Assembly: GCA_963933195.1 (NCBI GenBank)
Contig: CAWVUS010000001.1
Coordinates: forward strand, 9,079-73,078
DNA: 64,000 nucleotides
Source of the DNA: an uncultured Planctomycetaceae bacterium
GTDB lineage: Bacteria > Planctomycetota > Planctomycetia > Planctomycetales > Planctomycetaceae
Reading direction: 5' to 3'
Under the pieces are notes generated by a model, which searched no databases, was not told where the DNA came from, and worked only from the letters and a program-made list of their open reading frames with translations. A program made the translations under genes and the position numbers. Of this stretch, positions 11,031-20,221 are shown in pieces. Each line of letters opens with the position of its first letter. Position 1 is the stretch's first letter.

Positions 11031-12041
11031 TCAAAACTGCGAGAGGAACCGGTAGTCGTTCTCAAAGAAACGGCGGATATCAGTCACCTGGTACCGCATC
11101 ATGCTGAACCGCTCGATGCCGAGCCCGAAGGCAAAACCGGTCACCTCGTCGGGATCATACCCCACCTGCCGCAGCACGTTGGGATCGACCATTCCCGCTC
11201 CACCCAGTTCCAGCCACCGATCCCGCCAGAGAACATCGACCTCGACTGAGGGTTCGGTGAACGGAAAGAAACTTGGCCGGAACCGGACCGAGACATCGTC
11301 CCCGAGAAAAGCGGTGGCGAAGTGCTTCAGGACTGTTTTGAGGTCGGCCATCGTGATGTCGGTGTCGACCGCCAGTCCCTCCATCTGGTGGAACATGCAG
11401 TGGTGCGTGGCATCAATCGTGTCCGGCCGGTAACAACGTCCCAAAGAGACAATCCGCACTGGTGGAGCCGTCTGCTCCATCACGCGAATCTGCACCGTCG
11501 ACGTCTGGCTCCGCATCAACACCGCCTGGTCGCCGCTCCCGACCGAGGCAGTCGCCAGGTAAAAGTTGTCCAGTGGATCACGGGCGGGGTGAACTGGCGG
11601 GATGTTCAGGGCAACAAAATTGTGGTGATCGTCTTCCAATTCCGGACCCGTGGCGACGCTGAATCCCATCCGGCCAACGATGTCCTTGAAATCATCCATC
11701 GTCCGAGTGATCGGATGCCGGCGACCGACCACCGGTCGTGGTCCGGGCAGGGTGACATCGACGGCGGCGACGGCAACCTGAGGACGAGCCAGCGCGTCCT
11801 GCCGCGCCTCGAACGCCGTCTGCACCTCGACCCGCACCTCGTTGAAAACCTTGCCCAGCACCGGCCGTTCATCAGCCTCGGCCTGGCCCAACAGGGCTTG
11901 CAGATCCCGGAGTCGACCCCGTTTTTTACCCAGGAACTCAACACGGACCGTCTCGAGGACATCCTCGGACGAGGCCGCGGCGATCGCGACGAGCGCTTCG
12001 TCCTTGTAACTCGCAAAAGCAGCCTGGGCGTCGGCGGTCAT
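11031..12041 (-). CDS. pheS: Phenylalanine--tRNA ligase alpha subunit
   Basis: 336 aa with class II aaRS motifs (HPITRTMDD..., [56 protein letters not shown]). Directly downstream of rplT. Confidence 0.92.
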   Translation of the reverse strand: MTADAQAAFASYKDEALVAIAAASSEDVLETVRVEFLGKKRGRLRDLQALLGQAEADERPVLGKVFNEVRVEVQTAFEARQDALARPQVAVAAVDVTLPGPRPVVGRRHPITRTMDDFKDIVGRMGFSVATGPELEDDHHNFVALNIPPVHPARDPLDNFYLATASVGSGDQAVLMRSQTSTVQIRVMEQTAPPVRIVSLGRCYRPDTIDATHHCMFHQMEGLAVDTDITMADLKTVLKHFATAFLGDDVSVRFRPSFFPFTEPSVEVDVLWRDRWLELGGAGMVDPNVLRQVGYDPDEVTGFAFGLGIERFSMMRYQVTDIRRFFENDYRFLSQF

Positions 12042-12058
12042 CGTTGAGTCAGACGGGG

Positions 12059-12412
12059 TCAGGCCGCAGAAGCCGCGGTGGACACGATCTCGTCGAAGAC
12101 CTGAGGATCGGAAATCGCGATTTCGCTCAGAGTCTTACGATCGAGTTCGATGCCGGCGGATTGCAGCTGGTGGATGAACTCTGAATAACGAACCCCCCGC
12201 TGCCGGCAGGCGGCGTTGAGCCGTGTGATCCACAAGCGACGAAACACTCGCTTCTTAGTACGGCGGTCACGGTAGGCGTACGCCCGCGATCGAACCACCG
12301 TTTCCTTGACAGTTCGCAGCAATTTGCCGCGACCACCCCGGTTTCCCCGGGCTTCACGGAACAAACGCTTCTTGGCTTTGCGCCGAGCTGATCCTTTGCG
12401 AACTCGTGGCAT
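12059..12412 (-). CDS. rplT: 50S ribosomal protein L20
   Basis: [37 protein letters not shown]...[24 protein letters not shown] is the canonical L20 sequence. Confidence 0.95.
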   Translation of the reverse strand: MPRVRKGSARRKAKKRLFREARGNRGGRGKLLRTVKETVVRSRAYAYRDRRTKKRVFRRLWITRLNAACRQRGVRYSEFIHQLQSAGIELDRKTLSEIAISDPQVFDEIVSTAASAA

Positions 12413-12488
12413 CGTCGTCCTCGCAATCGGCCCCTTAGGGCCGTGGTAGTTCGTATGGCTAAGTGCTGGATGGCCAGGTCCCGGACAA

Positions 12489-12689
12489 TCAGGAACCCGG
12501 GGCCAGGTTCTCGCGGACTTCCTTCGCGTCCGTTGCGGTCAGGACACCATCCTTGCGCAATTGTCGCTTTTGCTTGCCCGACTTCTGACTCAACAGGTGG
12601 CCACGGAATGCACTGCGGTGCTTGACCTTGCCCTTGGACGAGACCTTGAACCGCTTCTTCATTCCCTTGTGTGTCTTCTGCTTCGGCAT
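12489..12689 (-). CDS. rpmI: 50S ribosomal protein L35
   Basis: [33 protein letters not shown]. Start set at ATG 12689, because the track start 12707 is a TTG six codons upstream. Confidence 0.92.
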   Translation of the reverse strand: MPKQKTHKGMKKRFKVSSKGKVKHRSAFRGHLLSQKSGKQKRQLRKDGVLTATDAKEVRENLAPGS

Positions 12690-12709
12690 CGCATGCGTTC
12701 CTGGCAAAA

Positions 12710-13249
12710 CTAACCCTTGGGAGCCAATACCGTTGACATCGTCCGTCCCCCCTCCATCCCCGGCGGTTTTTCCACCTTGGCGATGTCCTCGAGGATTGCG
12801 ATGATCCCTTGCAGCATCTCGTGTCCACGATCCCGGTGAGCATTCTCGCGGCCCCGGAAAATCACGTTGATCTTCACCTTGTCCCGATTCTCGAGAAATC
12901 GGCGAGCCCGCTTGATCTTGAACTCAATATCGTGCTCACCCGTCTTCGGTCGCAACCGAATCTCCTTGACCTGGACGGTGTGCTGCTTGCCTCCCTTGGT
13001 CTTTCGCTTCTTCAATTCGTACTTAAATTTCCCGTAATCCATGATCCGACAGACCGGTGGACGGTCGTTCGGACTCACTTCTACGAGATCCAAGCCGGCG
13101 TCCACTGCCAGTTGCAGCCCTTCCTCGGTGGGAAGGACACCGACCATATTTCCATCCGGATCGACCACGCGGACTGGAGTGATCCGGATCTGGTCATTGA
13201 TCCGGTGCATCTGTTCCGCAGGTGTCGGCGGTAATCCTCTTCGGCGCAA
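12710..13249 (-). CDS. infC: Translation initiation factor IF-3
   Basis: [23 protein letters not shown]..., [13 protein letters not shown]..., [17 protein letters not shown]..., [12 protein letters not shown]. The ORF opens with TTG at 13247-13249, preceded by AGGGGGAG. An alternative ATG lies at 13210. Confidence 0.9.
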   Translation of the reverse strand: MRRRGLPPTPAEQMHRINDQIRITPVRVVDPDGNMVGVLPTEEGLQLAVDAGLDLVEVSPNDRPPVCRIMDYGKFKYELKKRKTKGGKQHTVQVKEIRLRPKTGEHDIEFKIKRARRFLENRDKVKINVIFRGRENAHRDRGHEMLQGIIAILEDIAKVEKPPGMEGGRTMSTVLAPKG

Positions 13250-13298
13250 CGTCTCCCCCTGATCCCGTCTGCCCAGACAACTGGGCTAATGCCCTATT

Positions 13299-13325
13299 TT
13301 TATAGACGCCTTACCCGGACGTCAA
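13299..13325 (-). promoter_or_regulatory. Candidate sigma70-type promoter for infC-rpmI-rplT-pheS
   Basis: Minus strand reads TTGACG (13325-13320), about 15-17 nt spacer, then TATAAAAAT (the TATAAA part is 13304-13299). It sits in the 86-nt gap upstream of infC. Confidence 0.3.
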
Positions 13326-13335
13326 GAAACAGACC

Positions 13336-14283
13336 CTATTCAACTCGGTCACGGGGTTCCAAAACAACCGCACGCACACGATCAAAAGTGCCCGGGTGGC
13401 CATTGAAACGACAAAACCCGTCGACGCACACGTCCCAATTTGCGTGGTTTGTTTCCGATTCGGCCAGCCGCCCGGTCATGATCACGTCGCCCAGTTCCAG
13501 TCCCTCGACACTGGAGCCACTCAAACCCGGAACCGGCATCCTCACCGACAGCGTGGTCACCCCAGTACTAGATTCGTCCGCCGCGATCTCGACACCGGCA
13601 CCGTCAAGTTGTTCCGACTCGGTCAACCGGACCACAAACCCCGTAGACAATTCCACGTGCACCAGCCCATAACAGTCACCCAGTTGCCACCTGAAACCAG
13701 CCAGCACAGAGTCGGAACGTTGACCCACTGAAGCCAGCGCCGTTTCTGCGCGAACGCTCAACTCCGCCCGGGCCTCCTGCCATTGTTGGCCATCGTGTTC
13801 ATTCCGGACACGCACAAGCACCGCCGCGATCAATTCCACGGCACGGGTCAACAGCGATCGTTCCAGCCCGGTCAGTTGACGGCCCGGCTCGCCGGTTCCT
13901 CCAGCCCCCAGCAGCCCCTCGACAAGACCAACGGCCAACGAAGCCTCGATCGCAATTCGACCGGTTTCACGCGGCCGAGGCCCCTGGATGACCCAGGTCC
14001 CGACCGTCTCACACGAATCCGGCAACCTCGCCCCCGGAGCCAGGCCGAGGTATTCGATCGAGACCACGGCCTGTTGGCCCGAAGCGTCCTCCACAATTCG
14101 CTCACTCATCACTCCGGACAACTCCACCGCGGCAGATTCCAGCCGCAACTCCAGTTGCCGCAGAGTGTCCACCGACCAAGCCGGCGGTGCCACTTCAGAT
14201 TGTCCCGGCCGGGGCTCAAGGGCCACGTCATGGCCGTTGGGCAATAACGCCTCGACCTCGGTTCGGCTCAGCACAACTCCCAT
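13336..14283 (-). CDS. fliM: Flagellar motor switch protein FliM-like
   Basis: Three features support the call. The N-terminal VLSRTEVEALL resembles the LSQxEIDALL CheY-P-binding peptide. The central LLGAGGTGEPGRQLTGLERSLLTRAVELI resembles the FliM GGxG/LTxxE region. The C-terminal LELGDVIMTG...VCVDGFCRFNGHPG...RAVVL is a SpoA/FliN-type segment. Confidence 0.55.
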   Translation of the reverse strand: MGVVLSRTEVEALLPNGHDVALEPRPGQSEVAPPAWSVDTLRQLELRLESAAVELSGVMSERIVEDASGQQAVVSIEYLGLAPGARLPDSCETVGTWVIQGPRPRETGRIAIEASLAVGLVEGLLGAGGTGEPGRQLTGLERSLLTRAVELIAAVLVRVRNEHDGQQWQEARAELSVRAETALASVGQRSDSVLAGFRWQLGDCYGLVHVELSTGFVVRLTESEQLDGAGVEIAADESSTGVTTLSVRMPVPGLSGSSVEGLELGDVIMTGRLAESETNHANWDVCVDGFCRFNGHPGTFDRVRAVVLEPRDRVE

Positions 14284-14338
14284 CCCTGGGTTCTCCTCGA
14301 CCCGATGCCCAATTCACACCAATCCAGACCCGTTCGGT

Positions 14339-15604
14339 TCATCCGGATTTCAGTTGGCCCGTCCCATGGACCACGTACTTGTAACTGGTCAGTTCTCGCA
14401 AGCCACACGGGCCTCTCGCGTGAAATCGATCGGTGCTAATGCCAATTTCGGCCCCCAAACCGAATTCGCCCCCATCATGGAACCGCGTACTGGCATTGAC
14501 CATCACTGCCGCGGAATCAACGGCTCGCGTGAACTGCTGCGATGTTTTCACATCCGAGGTGACGATCGATTCGGTGTGTCCAGAACTGTACTCGCGGATA
14601 TGATCCACCGCCGCCCCAACTCCATCGACGACACGAATCGAGAGGATCAGGTCCAGGTACTCGGTGCGATAGTCCTCCTCGCTGGCCGCCTCGGCCTCGG
14701 GCACCAGCCCCCTGGTCTCTTCACAGCCACGCAGAATCACGCCCCGTTCCAGCAACGTCCGGGACACCTCGGGCAGAAATCTCTCGGCCACCTCACGGTC
14801 GACCAGCAGCGTCTCCGCTGCATTGCAGACTCCCGGACGTTGGCACTTGCTATCCACCACGATCCGACTGGCCATTTCGAGGTCGGCGGCCTGGTCGACA
14901 TAGACATGACAGATCCCGTCGAAGTGCTTGATGACCGGCATCGCCGCTTCGTCGGCAACACGTTCGATCAGGGACTTGCCTCCACGTGGAATCGTCACAT
15001 CGATCAGGTCGGCCATCCCAAGAAATTCACCCACCGCAGCACGATCGGTTGTGGCCACCAGTTGAGCCGACTCGCGGGGCAATCCACATTGCTGGGCGGC
15101 CCGGGACAGAATCTCGTGTAACGCCTGGTTACTGTGTATCGCTTCCTTACCACCTCGCAAAATCACCGCATTGCCGCTCTTGACGCACAGCGCCGCCGCA
15201 TCGACGGTCACGTTGGGGCGTGACTCGTAGATGAAGAACACCACTCCCAGTGGAACCCGAACCCGGGTCACCTGGAGACCGTTGGGCCGTTGGGTCGACT
15301 CGAAAATCTCGCCCACCGGATCGGGCAGCGCCACGACCTCTTTCAGAGCCGTGATCATCCCGTCAATCCGTTCGTCGGTCAGCCGCAGGCGGTCCACCGC
15401 CGCGTCGGTGAGTCCATATTCGGGAGCACGCTGGATGTCCTCCTGGTTGGCAGCCGACAAAGCCTGACGCTCGGAATCCAACAGCTCGGCCGTACGCAAC
15501 AGCCAGCCGTTCCTTGCCTCCCCCGTCGACTCGGCCAAACGCAACGCGGCCGCCCGTGCCCCCTGGGCCATTTCGCGAGTGTATTGCTGCAAGTTGTCGG
15601 TCAC
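14339..15604 (-). CDS. proA: Glutamate-5-semialdehyde dehydrogenase (gamma-glutamyl phosphate reductase)
   Basis: PLGVVFFIYESRPNVTVDAAALCVKSGNAVILRGGKEA, IPRGG, and the catalytic Cys context QRPGVCNAAETLLV, with C-terminal HTESIVT...NASTRFHDGGEFGLGAEIGIST. The start is ambiguous. I chose GTG 15604; ATG 15571 or the track ATG 15766 (which overlaps the upstream gene by 53 nt) are also possible. Confidence 0.88.
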   Translation of the reverse strand: MTDNLQQYTREMAQGARAAALRLAESTGEARNGWLLRTAELLDSERQALSAANQEDIQRAPEYGLTDAAVDRLRLTDERIDGMITALKEVVALPDPVGEIFESTQRPNGLQVTRVRVPLGVVFFIYESRPNVTVDAAALCVKSGNAVILRGGKEAIHSNQALHEILSRAAQQCGLPRESAQLVATTDRAAVGEFLGMADLIDVTIPRGGKSLIERVADEAAMPVIKHFDGICHVYVDQAADLEMASRIVVDSKCQRPGVCNAAETLLVDREVAERFLPEVSRTLLERGVILRGCEETRGLVPEAEAASEEDYRTEYLDLILSIRVVDGVGAAVDHIREYSSGHTESIVTSDVKTSQQFTRAVDSAAVMVNASTRFHDGGEFGLGAEIGISTDRFHARGPCGLRELTSYKYVVHGTGQLKSG

Positions 15605-15713
15605 GAGAACAATTTCGCCTTGAGTGAATACACGATCCCGGTGTTGGATTTGTGGCAATCCGGCCGCGTTTCCGGCTGTGGGGCGTGGAGTATCCTGCAC
15701 CCCGAAAGACCCG

Positions 15714-16994
15714 TCAAGACCCGCCCTGATCGCCAACTGGCCGTTCCGCTCCAGCCGGGACAACATTCCCGCGAGTCCCCGGCTCGCTCCACCACGCCAT
15801 CCGTGGACCGGTCAGTTTCTCGGCCAATAAACGGGCTACCAACTCGTGCCCGGCCGGACTCAACATGGCTCGATCGGGTTGAAACAACTGGACCCCTTCA
15901 CCCTCTGCACGAAATCCTCCAGACAGGTCACAGAGGGGAATATCATGTTGCCGCAAGAAATCGCCCAGGATTTGAAACGGCACGTCACTGTTGAACACCG
16001 AATCCCCGGGAACTCCTACCAGGGCCCGGGCATCGGGATGCTTTGTCTCGTTGCGAGCGACTTGCCAGGGAGCCGGACAAACGGCCACGGCCAATCTCCC
16101 TCGACACAATTTCTGCAACCGCGAGATTGGCTGAAGGGCCTGTTCAATGTGCATGGACCAGTCGGGCGGAGCGTCCGTTAACCAGGCGTATTGTCCCTGT
16201 GGACTTCCCGGATCGGAGACTGGTGGTTCGACGAGTGTCCGCGTCCAAAGACTGCCCAACTCGCGACTGCTCCAGGCAATCAGTCGAAACCGACTGCACA
16301 ACTGTTGCCACGCATTCAGTCGCCCCAGTGCCAACGAAGGGTGTGGACAGGCCAATGGACGTCCATTCCGATCGGAGATCAATCGTGGTCGCTGTCGGTA
16401 GTCGTCAGCAACGTCGGACATGTCGAAATTCAATAGCCACAGGTCCGCGTCGAGTGCCAACAATTCGTGACGAACCCGCAACAACGACAACAGCGGGCAA
16501 TCGCCGGGAATACCCGCATTGATTACCTCAACAGGTCGAGCAGAACGCCGCTGCAGCGATTCCTGCAGCCGGTGGCAAAAGGTCTGTTCGTAAGGTACCC
16601 GTTCGGCCAGTACCCGCTCGTCACCCAGGCAAACCACGCGAAGCACGCCGGGAGGCTTGGGCACAACTGGCTCCCCTCCTCGCAACCCCAGGCTGTTGGT
16701 CTGAATTGAAACCGACCGGTCCCCCACCACCGTCTCACGACGAACCAGCCGCTGCAGTGACTGACCAGATGTCCACGAGGCACGAACCAGGTCCGTGACC
16801 GCCTCTGGTTTGCCCCCGGGATCAACTGGAGATTCGACCAGTCGAACTCCGACCTCCAGCACGCACAACAACACGATCAGCAACAACACAGCCTGAAAGC
16901 CGGTCCGCAGCAAACGGCCGACGTGCCGAATTCCGCCCGCGATCGTCTTCAATACTCGCACGTGGGGTCCATCCCAGTCCCCTGCCCGAGCCAA
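15714..16994 (-). CDS. Membrane-anchored SGNH/GDSL-like hydrolase family protein (tentative)
   Basis: N-terminal TM helix (FQAVLLLIVLLCVLEVGV), followed by a block-I-like VVCLGDE motif and GIPGD. The weak resemblance to SGNH hydrolases was judged by eye only. TTG start at 16994 is uncertain. Confidence 0.35.
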   Translation of the reverse strand: MARAGDWDGPHVRVLKTIAGGIRHVGRLLRTGFQAVLLLIVLLCVLEVGVRLVESPVDPGGKPEAVTDLVRASWTSGQSLQRLVRRETVVGDRSVSIQTNSLGLRGGEPVVPKPPGVLRVVCLGDERVLAERVPYEQTFCHRLQESLQRRSARPVEVINAGIPGDCPLLSLLRVRHELLALDADLWLLNFDMSDVADDYRQRPRLISDRNGRPLACPHPSLALGRLNAWQQLCSRFRLIAWSSRELGSLWTRTLVEPPVSDPGSPQGQYAWLTDAPPDWSMHIEQALQPISRLQKLCRGRLAVAVCPAPWQVARNETKHPDARALVGVPGDSVFNSDVPFQILGDFLRQHDIPLCDLSGGFRAEGEGVQLFQPDRAMLSPAGHELVARLLAEKLTGPRMAWWSEPGTRGNVVPAGAERPVGDQGGS

Positions 16995-17293
16995 TTCACA
17001 CGTGAATCACGCCCAGCAGGACGCGGGATGCTAGCCTGAGAAACCGACTGTGACAAGATGTCTTCATCACCGCAGAAGCCGTGAACATTCCACCACAAGC
17101 GACAGGCCCGTTTCGGATGAGAATTCGCATCCAGAAACCCCGCGAATCTCGCTGCAGGACACACGACAGCCTTGTCCACCCAATCTCTTTTTTTCTCATA
17201 GGCAACTCATTCCACCTCGTTGACGCTCCCTATAACACCAGTTAACGTCTCTTCTCCCAATCTGGAACGGGCTACATTTACCTAGGAGAAACG

Positions 17294-17725
17294 ATGGCCA
17301 CACGAAAAGGTGCCGACCTTTCGATCGCCCAACTCGAGACACTGCTTGCTGAAAAAAAAGGCCGCGTAACGGCCCTCGCTCATAAACGAAGCTCACTGCA
17401 GGCTGAACTCAACTCGATCGACAAGGAATTGAATTCACTGCAAGAGAAAGCGTCGCCGGCAGCTCTTCGCAAACAAAACAATCGCGATAACCGAAAGCGT
17501 CAAAAGAACTCAGAGCCGCTCGCCGCAGTGGTCAACAGAATCCTCGAAAAAAAATCCGGGGGATTGAGCCTCGACGATCTCACCGCCCAGGTGATTTCTT
17601 CCGGGTACAAGTCCAACGCCAAGAACTTCACGAATGTCGTGTACCAGTGTGTCTACAACTCGGCGGTCATCATTCGTGACAAGCAGACTGGCACTTTCCG
17701 GCTGAAATCACCTCGCAAGGGCTAG
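17294..17725 (+). CDS. Coiled-coil / basic linker / winged-helix (HARE-HTH-like) small DNA-binding protein, hypothetical
   Basis: Strong SD (AGGAG about 5-6 nt before ATG 17294). The N-terminal heptad-like region is LSIAQLETLLAEKKGRVTALAHKRSSLQAELNSIDKELNSLQEK. The basic linker is RKQNNRDNRKRQKN. The C-terminal segment LAAVVNRILEKKSGGLSLDDLTAQVISSGYKS...TGTFRLK fits a wHTH pattern. Local G+C is about 50%. Confidence 0.6.
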   Translation: MATRKGADLSIAQLETLLAEKKGRVTALAHKRSSLQAELNSIDKELNSLQEKASPAALRKQNNRDNRKRQKNSEPLAAVVNRILEKKSGGLSLDDLTAQVISSGYKSNAKNFTNVVYQCVYNSAVIIRDKQTGTFRLKSPRKG

Positions 17726-17824
17726 CCGTTTCTCCGTCGCCAGTTGCCTCGACTCATGACCGGGGCTGGCAACACGGGGACCACGACGGAACTGGTGAAA
17801 ACCCGGAGCGATACCGAGCAGCGG

Positions 17825-18769
17825 CTAGATGTGATCGCATTCGGTGAACCAGGCCGCGTCGGCCGGATACGCATCGTTCCACGGAGCCTCGGTGGTCAGC
17901 GGACTGAGCATCGTCAACTCCTTGATTCTTGGAGTGACATCGAAACAGCCTGCAATCGCGTCGGAGGACGGCAGCCAGCCCCCGATTCGAGCCACACCTT
18001 GAGTTGCTGCCCACTGCAACACCGTCTCCCAAAACGCTCGTTCATCAGCGCCGGGCAGTACCCCCCAGTCGAACACCCGCGACTCGGTTTCAGTCGGCTT
18101 CAGCTGGATGTAACCGGACGGACGATCGGCTCCCTCATCGATCCACCAAAACCAGTCGTGCTCGGAATAGCGACCCCGCACCCAGTTCCAATACACCGCG
18201 TCGCGTTCAATCCAGACACTCCGTGAGGCCTGCACAGCGGCGTACATTTCTGCCAGGCCATCGGGCGATTCAGCCGGATCGAATCGTTCCAGTCGGCCAC
18301 TGGCGGAATGGTCACCCGGTCTTGGCACGGCCCACGCGTAGTACGAATCACACAACCGGTACCCCATCTCACCGTAGTACTCCGGCTTGATATCCGAATA
18401 GAGCAACCCGAACTGGGCCCCCCCGGCCAACTGCTGCTGCAGACCCCAATCCAGCAGAGTTGCAGCGTAGCCCCGCCGCCGGAATTCCGGTGGCGTGTGG
18501 ACGGCACCGATTGCATAGCCGGGCCACGATTTTTCAGCGGCACGCAACACAATCGGGTAGGCCCCTAGTGACGTGGCTACCACGCCATCGACGGTACCGA
18601 CATACCAGGTGGCCCGTGCGTGCTGGACCGACTGCATCCGCCACGCCACGTACTCGTCAATCGGCCGTTCATCCCCCCAGCATTCATACACGTTGCCGAA
18701 GGCAGCAGCCCGTTCGGCATCGTTGGCGATGTGGCAGTCAAGTCCCGCGCTGTCGGTCGTGGTGGACAT
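17825..18769 (-). CDS. GNAT family N-acetyltransferase (Eis-like, with extra C-terminal domain)
   Basis: The acetyl-CoA binding signature AIGAVHTPPEFRRRGYATLL-type segment (HTPPEFRRRGYAATLLDWGL) follows a beta-strand-rich N-terminal region. At 314 aa it has a C-terminal extension, as in Eis-like GNATs. Confidence 0.6.
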   Translation of the reverse strand: MSTTTDSAGLDCHIANDAERAAAFGNVYECWGDERPIDEYVAWRMQSVQHARATWYVGTVDGVVATSLGAYPIVLRAAEKSWPGYAIGAVHTPPEFRRRGYAATLLDWGLQQQLAGGAQFGLLYSDIKPEYYGEMGYRLCDSYYAWAVPRPGDHSASGRLERFDPAESPDGLAEMYAAVQASRSVWIERDAVYWNWVRGRYSEHDWFWWIDEGADRPSGYIQLKPTETESRVFDWGVLPGADERAFWETVLQWAATQGVARIGGWLPSSDAIAGCFDVTPRIKELTMLSPLTTEAPWNDAYPADAAWFTECDHI

Positions 18770-18895
18770 ACTGTCGATTGTGCTTCCGTTCGTGGGCGGT
18801 ATGTTTAGAGGCCGTCATATTGACCGCGTGGGCGGATGGCTTCAAGCCGCTCCTGTGCCTTCTCGCGAGTCAGCCATCACACAGAGGCTCCAACG

Positions 18896-20080
18896 ATGTC
18901 CACACCGCATTCGATCAACAAGTCCGCCGCAGTTGACCTGGTGACAACGCTGATGGCAATTCCCGGCAAGAGTGGACAGGAGCGTGAGGTAGCCGAGGCG
19001 ATCACCAGCCGACTCCGCGATGCCGGAGTTCCGTCGGGTGCAATCCGGCACGACGCAGCCAACAGCCGCAGTCCGCTCGGCGGCGAAGTCGGCAACCTGA
19101 TTGTCAAGTTGCCCGGCACTGTTCGAGCTCCGCGTCGCCTGATGATGGCCCACATCGACACGGTCCCACTTTGCGTCGGCTGCCGACCGGTTCGTCGCGG
19201 TCCACTCATCGAATCGCGTGATGCGGACACCGCGCTGGGTGGCGATGATCGTGCCGGAGCCAGTGTTGTGCTCAACGCGGCACTCGAGATCCTGTCACGT
19301 GACCTGCCTCACCCACCGCTGACCCTGTTCTTCCCGGTCCAGGAAGAAGTCGGACTCTATGGAGCACGATATGTCAGCCTTTCACGACTCGGCAAGCCCC
19401 TGATGGGCTTCAACTGGGATGGAGGCGCCCCGGGACTGGCAGTTGTCGGAGCCACCGGTGATTACAGCATCGATGTGACGATCGAGGGTGTGGCCAGTCA
19501 TGCCGGAGGCCATCCCGAGGACGGTGTCAGTGCGATTGCCGTGGCGAGCCTGGCGATCGCCGACCTGACAGAAAACGGCTGGCACGGGCTGATTGAAAAA
19601 GGTCGAAACCGCGGAACCAGCAATGTGGGCATCATCAACGGCGGCGATGCCACCAACGTTGTCACACCCCGGTTGACACTCAGAGCCGAGGCTCGGAGTC
19701 ATGTCCCGGCATTCCGAAAACGGATCGTGGCCGAATTTGAGAAGGCGTTCCGACGCGCCGCCAAAAAGGTTCGCAACACGGCCAAGGCAACCGCCCGCAT
19801 TCAATTCGACCCGCAGCTGAAATACGAATCCTTTGTGCTCTCGGAAAAAGAACCCTGTGTGCAGACGGCATTGGCGGCCGTCGAGGCCGTTGGCCTTGAT
19901 CCCGGAGTGCGGATGTCCAACGGAGGCCTCGATGCCAACTGGATGGTCGCCCACGGCATTCCCACCGTCACGCTCGGCTGCGGCCAGCAGGACATACACA
20001 CCGTCAACGAATCGCTACATGTCGAGAGCTTCCTGCAGGCGTGCCAGATCGGACTGCAACTGGCGACCGGCACAGCTTGA
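18896..20080 (+). CDS. M20/M25/M40 family metallopeptidase (peptidase T / deacylase-like)
   Basis: LMMAHIDTVP metal-binding motif, GGDDRAG, QEEVGLYGA, and the C-terminal HTVNESL segment typical of M20 enzymes. Start moved to ATG 18896. Confidence 0.7.
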   Translation: MSTPHSINKSAAVDLVTTLMAIPGKSGQEREVAEAITSRLRDAGVPSGAIRHDAANSRSPLGGEVGNLIVKLPGTVRAPRRLMMAHIDTVPLCVGCRPVRRGPLIESRDADTALGGDDRAGASVVLNAALEILSRDLPHPPLTLFFPVQEEVGLYGARYVSLSRLGKPLMGFNWDGGAPGLAVVGATGDYSIDVTIEGVASHAGGHPEDGVSAIAVASLAIADLTENGWHGLIEKGRNRGTSNVGIINGGDATNVVTPRLTLRAEARSHVPAFRKRIVAEFEKAFRRAAKKVRNTAKATARIQFDPQLKYESFVLSEKEPCVQTALAAVEAVGLDPGVRMSNGGLDANWMVAHGIPTVTLGCGQQDIHTVNESLHVESFLQACQIGLQLATGTA

Positions 20081-20221
20081 ATCGGCCGGTCCATTCCGAT
20101 TCGGCACCGAAACTCCTACACTCCCCACGTCGCCTCGGGTTGCTATTTTCGACCAGTACGGCCGAGGCTAGAATGCTATCGGTCTCTCCTCCTCGCCCCT
20201 TCCTGGGAACAGACTGGTTCA

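Noticed and set aside
16994-17007. Palindrome ATTCAC-ac-GTGAAT overlapping the putative TTG start of the SGNH-like gene.
   Set aside because: The half-sites are only 6 bp, which is at chance level, and the start codon of that gene is itself uncertain.
18791-18835. 9-nt direct repeat CGTGGGCGG (18791-18799 and 18827-18835) in the divergent GNAT / M20 peptidase promoter region.
   Set aside because: Its length and spacing are within chance expectation for GC-rich DNA, and there is no third copy or palindromic symmetry.
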